The notes under the pieces were generated by a model. That model was given only the letters and a program-made list of their open reading frames with translations, was not told the DNA's origin and did no database searches. Position numbers and translations under genes: made by a program. Shown here piece by piece: positions 54,276 through 64,000 of a DNA stretch of 64,000 nt. The DNA is from the human T2T-CHM13v2.0 reference genome, Homo sapiens. The stretch is taken from assembly GCF_009914755.1 (NCBI RefSeq), contig NC_060943.1; one strand, 5' to 3'. Each line of letters opens with the position of its first letter. Within the stretch, counting starts at the first letter, position 1.

Positions 54276-56923
54276 CACTTAATTTTAAACCTCAGATTTA
54301 CTCCTCAATGGGAGGTCACTTCCCGCCAAATCTCAAATCCAAGACAGGAATTAGGGGCTTCTCTTGGCCGGGATGTAATGCCTGTCCCAAGATGAGGAGA
54401 CCTAGAGGATGGCAGTAGAGTGGGGCAAGTCCTTGAAGGTGTTTGAGGGGTTGGTTGTGGATGGAAAAGCGACTCTGATTGCAAAGCCAAGGATAATAGT
54501 ACGAGCCAAAGGAAAGCCTATTTAATGAGATTGGCCATGCACTTGCAGGAAAACCTTTTGAGAAAAAAGCACAGCAAAGTTTGCGGGACCTCCTCCCTCT
54601 GCAATGGCTGTGTTGATGGGGGCCATTGCTGATATGGCGTGGGTGTTGGATTTTGGGAACCGAATCCTATTTTAGATGCATTGTGAGCTGAATCCTATTT
54701 TAGATTGACTCATGTAAGGAACCCCGTGGTGACTCTATAAATCAGAAAGTTCGTTTGCATTGCAAATCGCCCTTTCCTAAGTAATCTTCAGCTCCTTAAT
54801 TTTACAAATTGTATATTGGAAATCTTTTATTTCTGTATATTGGTTGTTGCAAAGTACACTTGGAGGACACTTGGGGCCCATTTCAACCAGGGGGTTTGAG
54901 GGTCTTGTTGCAGGAAAGTTCTTCTAGTCAATCCTTCCCTGGGGGTTGACAGTCTGTCCTCCATCTCTGGTGGACAGCTGATGGCATTTGCCTTCCAGGT
55001 TAAGCCCCAGTGAGAAAGTCACTGCCAGGACCCGCAAGTTGAAGGAGGAATGGACCTCAAAAGCTTCAGAGGGGACTGAAATGTGTTGGCTGATTAGAAG
55101 GTAGAAGGTCAGAGAGACTAGAGAAAACTCAAGGCGTGAGCTGAGCCTCGGGCTGTCATTACGGAGAGGAGGCTGAAGTTTCAGAAGGAAATTTTGATCA
55201 TCAGAAGTGCCTGCAGGAGGTCCTCGACTCTAGCAACAGATTAGATCCCACTGAGAAAGGAGAGACTGTTGTGCTGCAGACCGGTTGTCCAGATGGGTTT
55301 CAGGAGATGATGCAAAGGCTCTGTCTGAGGGTGAGATGGATGAGTCAGTCAGTGCCTTCTTTGAGTGGATCAAATATCGGTAGACTTGGATCTCTTTGTC
55401 CTGAGCACCTGAGTGAAAGAGGCTGTGTGGGGGGTGAGAGCCCAGCTCCCTGAGGGACACAACTGAGGTGTCTGTCTAACAATGGCCTCAGCACTGAGGC
55501 TTTCTTTTAGCCTTTTATGTCAACACCAAAAGTCATGGAGCTGGGCCTTAGAAACATTGTTCAAAAGTCATATCTTAAGTTATGACCCGTCTTGAAGTAT
55601 TTATAACTGATTGGATTTCATAAGTAAAGCCAGATTTGCATAAATTAATAAAATATTTCACCAGGTAGCATCCTTTCCCAAGTTATTGGGGATCCTGTGG
55701 TGGGGGAACGGGTGCTTCTTCTCCTGCTGGGTTCATGAATCTATCCATTCCACTGGGACTGTGTCCTCCATCCCAGCCTTGGCTGCTGAAAATTGTGCTA
55801 AAATGTCACTGAACTTTGCAAGTTACTTAATTTGCTGGGGTATTACTTAAATCTCCAAACCTAATTGGAGGTGGATGTGAGAGAAACACACTAAGACCCA
55901 CACTCGACTTGGGAAGATTTGGAAAGAGTCCCATGATGTCACGTCCCTGCTGGGGCTTGGTGGAACATTTATACAAGTATCAGTAATTATTTAACAATCA
56001 CCTTGTCCTAAACTTTTATACCATTTATACAGTGTTTAATGTACATTGATTTCTTCATTTTACATGTAGTAATTAATTTTGTCTTACTGACAGATGATTC
56101 TCAATGACTGATTTCAAGACACATTCCGGACAGGTACTTTTTAACGCTTCGTTTTGCTTCAAAAAGCCTTATTCTACTCTGGGGTTCTGCCAGCTATCGC
56201 AAAGCAATTTCTGCAGGGGGGGGTTTTGGGGCACCAACCTGTGTGGAAGCATGGAGGTGGGAGGTGAGTTTTCACGTACATTGTATGTTCACTTAGGGTA
56301 GCTTTGGGTGGAAGATTGGGAGTTGCGTTGGGGGGTGGTGCTTACATCTCCCCCAGTTAACCCTTTTCTCCTCTTAGTGAATATTGCTTTAGGCCATGCT
56401 TGAGTGAACTCCAGGGTATTAGAAAAAGATTTCTTTGCTTTAGAAAGCAAAGTAGAAATTCCCAAATTCAATTTGAATCAAAAATTGGGGGGAAGTGATA
56501 GAATGAACCAAATTGAAAGGCAAACATTTTTTGTTATTGATTTCACGTTTCGATCTCTGTTACATGTGTTGTAAATGTCATCTATCCCAAGGTGAAAGCT
56601 TCAGAGACAAGTGTTTAAAATGGCAGTGGAGCCACAGATAACAAGTGAGCTCTGTGGTTTAACTTTACTTGTTCAAGAAGTGCTTGTCCACTTCAGTTGT
56701 CCCTGGGAGATGTTGGAAGAGGGATCTGCAGTCAAAACACAGTGGGGTGCATTTTGATCTGCTATGCTTAGCTGTTTCTCTTTATATGTATATTTTTAAA
56801 AATTTCCTCCTTCCTTTCATTCTTAGTTTGTAATCTCTAAGCATGAATTCATAACGATTTGGTTTAAAGTATGTACGTCTCCAGAGTTAAAATGGAGAGA
56901 AAGCCTATAGTGGACATTTCTTT

Positions 56924-57977
56924 CTTTTTTTTTTAATTATACTTTAAGTTTTAGGGTACATGTGCACAACATGCAGGTTAGTTACATATGTATACATGTG
57001 CCATGCTGGTGTGCTGCACCCAGTAACTCGTCATTTAGCATTAGGTATATCTCCAAATGCTATCCCTCCCCCATCCTCCCACCCCACAACAGGCCTCGGT
57101 GTGTGATGTTCCCCTTCCTGTGTCCATGTGTTCTCATTGTTCAATTCCCACCTATGAGTGAGAACATGCGGTGTTTGGTTTTTTGTCCTTGCGATAGTTT
57201 GCTGAGAATGATGGTTTCCAGCTTCATCCATGTCCCTACAAAAGACATGAACTCATCCTTTTTTATGGCTGCACAGTATTCTATGGTGTATATGTGCCAC
57301 ATTTTCTTAATCCAGCCTTTTATTTGTTGGACATTTGGGTTGGTTCCAAGTCTTTCCTATTGTGAATAGTGCCTCAATAAACATACGTGTGCATGTGTTT
57401 TTATAGCAGTGTGATTTATAATCCTTTGGGTATATACCCAGTAATGGGATGGCTGGGTCAAATGGTATTTCTAGTTCTAGATCCCTGAGGAATCGCCACA
57501 CTGACTTCCACAATGGTTGAACTAGCTTACAGTCCCACCAACAGTGTAAAAGTGTTCCTATTTCTCCATATCTTCTCCAGCACCTGTTGTTTCCTGACTT
57601 TTTAATGATGGTCGTTCTAACTGGTGTGAGATGGTATCTCATTGTGGTTTTGATTTGCATTTCTCTGATGGCCAGTGATGTTGAGCATTTTTTCATGTGT
57701 CTTTTGGCTGCATAAATGTCTTCTTTTGAGAAATGTCTGTTCATATCCTTTGCCCACTTTTTGATGGGGTTGTTTGTTTTTTTCTTGTAAATTTGTTGGA
57801 GTTCATTGTAGATTCTGGATATTAGCCCTTTGTCAGGTGAGTAGATTGCAAAAATTTTCTCCCATTCTGTAGGTTGCCTGTTCACTCTGATGGTAGTTTC
57901 TTTTGCTGTGCAGAAGCTCTTTAGTCTAATTAGATCCCATTTGTCAATTTTGGCTTTTGCTGCCATTGCTTTTGGTG
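56924..57977 (-). mobile_element. L1PA4-like, 5'-truncated (~1.05 kb): ORF2 C-terminus and 3' UTR
   Basis: ORF 57307-58032(-) contains [26 protein letters not shown]...[17 protein letters not shown] (ORF2p C-terminal Cys-rich region), frameshifted near its end; TSD GTGG(A)CATTTCTTT next to a TTT/AAAG endonuclease site. Confidence 0.95.
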
Positions 57978-58909
57978 GCATTTCTTTAAAAAAATTTTTT
58001 TGGGGGGAATCAATGCCTTGGTGCCTTAGCATCAGAGGATATGACTATTATAGGACACTCCTGTTATTATTAATGAGGAGGACATGTATCCTTCATTTTG
58101 CAACTTTTCATCCTCAGTGACCTTTTAAATATGGAAACTGTTGAAGTCACATTTTAATATTAATGAATGATGTAAAAGGTAAATGAAGTTCAAATTATTC
58201 TAATACTTGCATGTTAGGATCTGTGTCTATATCCATATCTTCTCCACAGGCTTGTCATAACTTTATAAGTGTCAAAGGGATTTGAGTGTGAAGCCCCACA
58301 GATGAGGGCCGTCTGCTAGTGGCTGCAGCCCACTTAGCGGATGGCGCCACCCTGCAGCAGGGAGCTTCCCATCTAGACACATATGTTCTGATGCTTTTGG
58401 TCATTATTCTGACCTAGACATTCACCAAGAATGAAGAAACTATTCGTTTGGCGAACAACACGTCTGCATTTTGGGAAAGTTCGCCATGCCGTTGCCCAGC
58501 CTGGCTTCTTGCTGGATAAGCTTTGGGTTGGAGCCCTGAGGACAGCAGGTCTCAGATCTAGTCACCGTCTTCTCCAGCCTCCTGCTACTGCATTCTGTAG
58601 CTCTGTCTCCAAGTGCAAGAGTTTGGCCCCTTTGGGGATTTCTGCCATTATTTTTTCAGAGAAGGTATTCAGCTCTGGTTTGGCTTGTAGCAACAAAGGT
58701 CTTTTTGTGTCTCACGATTCCTCTCCCCTCTGCCTCTTCTTTCATCCCTGTGGCATCTATTATTACCGTAATGTGACTAAGGGGGCCTTTCCCCCTGTCA
58801 TGTGCCTCCCCAACTGTCCTGGTGGAAAATAGTATGTTCTTTTTTCCTTTACATCCATCATTTCCACCTAAGCACAGTATAGCAGCCTCTGGGGAAAGAA
58901 GCTTGAGCC

Positions 58910-59110
58910 TGCGCACACATGTTCACGACTGTGTGTACACGTGTCTAGGAGCACGAATGTGCACAATGTGTGTTTAGGCAGGAGTGCATCTTTGCAAGGT
59001 GTGAAGGTGTGCTCATGAATGTCCCTATGTAATGTGTGAATGTGTGCATGTGCGGGTGTGTGCGTGCTTCTGCATGAAGCCATCGGTGTGTACGTGTGGA
59101 TGTGTGACTT
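58910..59110. repeat. Degenerate TG-rich low-complexity tract
   Basis: Interrupted TGTG/TGCA/TGAA units. Confidence 0.7.
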
Positions 59111-59269
59111 TGCCGGTCAGTGGGCACAGCTGTTGATCACGCACTGTCCAGACCACAGTGCTTTAGCTCCTTCTAGACATTTTCTCCACCTTTATTTGTG
59201 TTAATTACTCAAGTGGCAATTAGTGGCTCTGCCCCCCTTTTGGTCGCAGTCTCGTAGTATTTGAGGGAT

Positions 59270-60280
59270 GGTCATGTATTCATCAGATTTCAATAAATCC
59301 TTTCCAATGTTATTGCCCTTGTTGTATCAACTGGCACCTGCCCTCCGACGTTACACCTGCAGGAGAATTCCACCACGTTTGGGCGCATTTCCGAAGCAAG
59401 GCTATTGATGTTGTATGTTTAAAAAAATTAATTAAAAAAACTCAGATCTCGGGAAATTCCAGCAGTCAGTCTCCTTTTTTTATCCTAATCTCTTCATAGT
59501 AATGCTCACAAGTACCCTTGGTCCAGACAATTCTTCATTCATTCTCCACCCCCCACCACACTCACACCCAAACTCCCCACCGCTGGAGATTAGTCCTTTG
59601 TGAGTCAGTGCACAAAAGCTTTCTTAAAGTCCCAGTAAATTATACCCCTGGTTTCCCTCTTGAATTCCTTTTTGTTACTTTTTCAAAATATTCTATTAGT
59701 TTTGTTACGTATGATCTCCCTTTTGTGAATCCATGCTGAATATCTTTAATTAAATCATAACTTTCCCTATTTTGTCCCTGATTAGTGTTTCCAATATCTT
59801 CCCCACTGCTCAAGTCAAGCTTACTGGTGTTTAATTTCTTTGATCTCCCTTTGAGTCGTTATTAAATATAGGTGTTGCATAAGGGCTCTTGGCCACTGGT
59901 GCTTCTCCCGTTTCCCTGGGTGTTTTTAAAAGGTATTTGCTAACCGTTCCCCTGTTTCCTTGCCTCTTCTTGCACAAATTCTAAGATGGTTCCCATCTGC
60001 TCCCGGAGTTATCAGTCCTTAGACACTCTAATTTCTTTCTCACCTGTTCTGCTACTAGGCTGATTTCCTTCAGAAATATTTTCCTCTCCCTGGGAAATGC
60101 TTGTCTGTTGCTGGCATCTGCTTTCGTCTTCCCTTTATGGACATGAAAGCAAATAATTTATTTTTCATTTTCTCTAGAAGTTGTCATCCCTCCTTCCAAT
60201 CAACTATGTTCTATGTATGCCTCCTTGTGTTTTTTAAAAGAGCATTATAAACCCAGTTCCAGCACCTCCTTGCTAAGACC
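59270..60280 (-). mobile_element. Ancient CR1-clade LINE ORF2 (reverse transcriptase) fossil
   Basis: Manual minus-strand translation across frameshifts gives TPGADGNHLRI, ETGEAP, ATPIFNNDSKGDQRN*TPVSLT*AVGKILETLIRDKI, DLIKDIQHGFTKGRSYVTKLIEYFEKVTK, IYWDFKKAF, THKGLI and *MKNCL, colinear with CR1 RT motifs. Core 59520-60160 is solid; flanks are tentative. Confidence 0.85.
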
Positions 60281-62739
60281 CCAATTTGGAAGTGGTATTT
60301 CCTTTCCAAAGGGTTGATAGCATCACCAACTTTTAATCTGGGGCAGGGAGTGCTGACCCTTTGCTAGCGAAACTGTTTTGGATGCCCCCAGCTGTCCTAC
60401 AGCAAGCAGCATGAAGTCTTGAGGCTTCCCTGACAACCGGTACAAGAGGGACCTGGCCCCATCTCCGGGTTTTAGGGAGTTGTGAAGTTTCCCACGTGTC
60501 GCTTTGGAAATCTCTCATATGAAGTCAGCTTCAGCCAGGAAGCTTGCCTTCACTTTTCTTCTGCTCAGTGCCTCCAATTTTCCTCACACCTGAGGGATGC
60601 ATCGGTTCTCCTATGGCTCGCTCCCCTTCAGGCTGTACTGTGGGCTCATCCTCAGATGGAATTTCCTTCCTTTTCTGCCTGTGTTCCCAGAACACAGACT
60701 AAAAAGGGCTGCTCCATGCAGAAGGTGCACACCCACGGGCTTTCAGATGCTCTTAGCTGCAGGTGCCCTGTCAAGGGGCTGGGCCCACAAGAAGCGGTTC
60801 CGAGTCCCCAACCTGCGGCCGCGTGGAAGCCTCCTCAGATAGCACTGTTCCTCTCAGCTTGACCTCATTTCCTTTTCCAGTACAACCCAGATCTGCGTGC
60901 TGAGACATCACTCTCAGGTTGTAAATTCTACACCAAATCAAAAGGCCAAATCCTTTCTGCAAACCCACAGGCGCTCGACCTACATCACACCAAGGAGCCT
61001 GGCCCCGATGGCTATCTCAGGACCCCTGGGCAGGGGCAGCAGAGGTGTGAGCCCCCACCCCTCCAGCACCAGCTACTGGCCTTCTGCAGGACAGCAACTT
61101 CCCCGGATCAAGTGGCAGAAACAGCATCAGCCAACGTTTCCACAGAGTATGAGTCATAAATAGTCCTTTTCACATTGTTTCACATCAAAAGGCAAGCAGC
61201 CTGTGCTGTTCCCCGTCCCTCATCCCTAACATAGAAGTGCGTGAAATTTGCCCACAAACAAGGATTTGAAATTTTAAAAGCTCAATAAAGGTAGTCAATA
61301 GACACACTCCAGTCAGTTTTTAAAAAGTGTTTTTAATTGGGTCAAATAGCATGTTACTTTGGGGAAAAATAAAGATCATTTAAACTGGTTCTTTTAGTTC
61401 ACATGTTTTTGAAAACTGATTTTCTGGTGCAGACCTAGTTCGAAATATCATCCGGAAGTGCTGATGATAAACGGGTGGGCCCAGGGTTCCCTCTGAACTT
61501 TAGGGGGTTCTTCTTCACTGTTTCTCCGACCACTGTTTCTTCACTGAAAGAGTCTATAGTCTCTTCACTTCAGGGCGATGGGGTAGGACGGCTGGGGTCC
61601 TGATTCCATAGTTAACCAGGATCAACCCTGGGTCTTGAGCCACCTCACTGTATGCCCGACAGCTGCCCCAGACAGGGAGGACAGTCCTCTGTCAGCCTCT
61701 GAGCAATGTTCCAGAAGCAATTTATAGATGGACTTGGTGAGCAAAAAGTGAGAGTCACAGGTGCTTCATAATAATTGCTTGCACATTTCCAGAATCGGAC
61801 ATTCTGTCATTTAATAGACCTAAAACTAAAAAGCTTTTGTCTGTGAAAGGTGACCAGTAGAAACAGCGTTTGGATTATATGATATCCCATAACTTAATCA
61901 TATGGCTCTTAACAGGGGGACATACACAGCTGTGTCTCACTAATATGCATGCAATATGTGTAAACTGATACGCTTTAATTCTAAACTTGTTTTTAGCAGG
62001 AAGAAAAAAGCATTTAGATGAGGAACATTAAGATTCAATATTAACCATTTTTTCCCCTTTGGGCAAAATTATTCATCACTTGATATTTATTAAAGCAGCA
62101 TTTTCCTTTTTTTTTTTTTTTTTGCTATTGTGAGATGCATCCTGCTACTGATTTTCCAAACATCCTCAAAGTTATGTGGCAAAGTGAAAAAGACACAGGA
62201 ACAGCCAGTAGCCCCTTTGGGGTCACAGGAAAACAATAGACTTGAAAGATACACACTTGTTCTTTTGAAGCCCGAGAGTCATCCTAACCCCTAGGACCTA
62301 GTGACAGGGGCAAAGTTGGAGTAATTAATTTAGAAGGGGGCTGACTGGTTTTCCACCTCTCCAATTACACATATTTGATTTGCCTATCCTGTCTGACGTT
62401 TTAATTGTTAGTTTATACTGGTTTAATCTGAAATATTTAAGTATATTTGCTTTGATAATCTTAACTAAAAAAAAAACTAAGACAAAGGAATTGTAGATTA
62501 GAGACTTTATTTTCAGGGCAAAATGATACGGGTAAGTGAACATCAACTGACCAGAAATTATTTGCTTCTGTCTGTTAGACACGTAATGGAGTCATTTAAC
62601 TAGTCAAATTAGGAGCTGCAGAAATGCACCATGCTTCATTACTGAGTTCGAATGGGCACCATTTTACATTTACGTCAAAAATTATCTCATAGCAAATTAA
62701 TGTTTTCATTGTGCAGAAAGGCTGAAGCTATGCAGTGTT

Positions 62740-62773
62740 AGCGGCACCTAGAGGCCATTGCGAAAATACTTCA
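62740..62773 (-). promoter_or_regulatory. Candidate CTCF site
   Basis: Minus strand TGGCCTCTAGGTGCCGCT approximates CCASYAGRKGGCRS; a TGAAGT element lies 10 nt upstream of the TGGCC. Motif match only. Confidence 0.4.
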
Positions 62774-64000
62774 AAGGGATGATCTGCAAACAAGGACAAA
62801 ATGATCAATAGATGAGTGGTGGTGGTGAGAGCCCTGACCCCGTTTGAAAGTAAGAGTAGTCATTGAATCAGATTGGCTCTCTTGGTGACCATATGAAGCT
62901 CTGAGGGGCCATGACGGTTTTCCTAAACTTGGCCTAGAACTAAATGTGCTGAAAGAGCCCCAAAGATTTCTCTCCTTTTCTTGTTACTCTTTAAGTCCTG
63001 AAAATATCTGTTTTTGTTTTGTTTTGCTTTGTTTTCACAGTTTGAGTTTGCTTTTTCTTTTACCTATGGGCTTACATTATATCAGAATCTCATATGTTAG
63101 CCGATGAGCATTTCTGTAAATAAGCAAGGAGAGATTTTTTTTCCTCCCACATTGTAAATTGGCATCCTTAGAATCTTTCTTTTGTCATTGGTAAAAACTT
63201 GCTGTCCGTAGAAAGAGGCAACACATGACACTGTTTCATCTTAAAAAATACTGAACTGGGTAAATCCTCCATCCAAACAGATGACCAAGGTTGGTTGTTG
63301 TCCCAAGAATGTCAATCTCTGCTCAATTTAGCGAGAAATCATGTTAAATGAAATGGCAAAGCCCTCACCAATGAAAATATGTGTTAAAATGATCTGCAAG
63401 TCGTCAGTGACGCTGGGACGTTGGAGCATACTGTCAGAGCAGAAGCAAAGGAGAGAATGGAAGCATATAAATAGCATTGAGAACTCGAGAATATTTCAAG
63501 ACAATATTGATGTCTAAAATATATGTGAATGACTGCATAATGATCGAGGCAGACATAATTCAAAGTACAGTCAGAATCTGGCCTCCAACTCAGAGCTTTA
63601 AATTCTCCAAAAGACATCTGTTTGCTGAGAAAGCCTCACCAACAGCTGCGCCACATAAAGGGGAGAACCCGGGATAAGGTTGGGAGTTGGCAGGTAGGGG
63701 AGCCTCAGAGGGGTTAGGTGGGGTCCTGGAGGGCGGGCGCCCACCTTCACTCCACAGGTACCGGAAGCGGGGCTGCTTTGGACAAAGGCGAGGGAGGTGC
63801 CTGTATTTCCTAGAACCAGGTAGCAAATGTTGCCTGTGTGTTTCATCAGAAAGCGCCCCAGTTGGGCACTGTGCCTCTTGGATGCTGACAAGAAGATTTG
63901 ACGTTACTTCTCTGGTCCTTAACTTTGTTTACCCAGCTGCTATTCTTCCCATACTTAACTCTTTCACCGTGCAGAAAGCAAGGGGGAGGGAGGAAGGGAA

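Noticed and set aside
54320-54330. Perfect E2F-type site TTCCCGCCAAA
   Set aside because: Isolated motif without CpG-island or promoter context.
57307-58032. 241-aa ORF as a gene
   Set aside because: C-terminal fragment of L1 ORF2p in a 5'-truncated element; its start lies in flanking DNA and it lacks EN and RT domains.

Overview
Primate, very probably human, non-coding genomic DNA; the species call rests on an AluYg6 copy with all six diagnostic substitutions. I find no protein-coding exon series, RNA gene or prokaryote-type system. The long ORFs are low-complexity or transposon artefacts; two are recognisable L1 ORF2p remnants. The window holds about 16 Alu-family elements, L1 fragments of several ages, four solo LTRs (THE1C, THE1D, MSTA, LTR33), MIR/L2 relics, hAT and Mariner MITEs, and several microsatellites. 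Between these lie repeat-free, motif-rich blocks that resemble developmental enhancers. Nearly all L1 fragments are on the minus strand, which suggests a large intron of a plus-strand gene, but I cannot identify the locus. The best observations are: an ancient CR1-clade reverse-transcriptase fossil at ~59.3-60.3 kb that the ORF track misses; one L1 target site apparently reused, giving three copies; a young AluYg6 with a 49-nt pure tail; a MADE1 with a micro-inverted terminal repeat; PBX-HOX/MEIS motif clusters; and a 15-nt microexon-like signal. I see no convincing new biological system. Subfamily names come from recalled consensus sequences and need RepeatMasker/Dfam confirmation; boundaries of old repeats are approximate.
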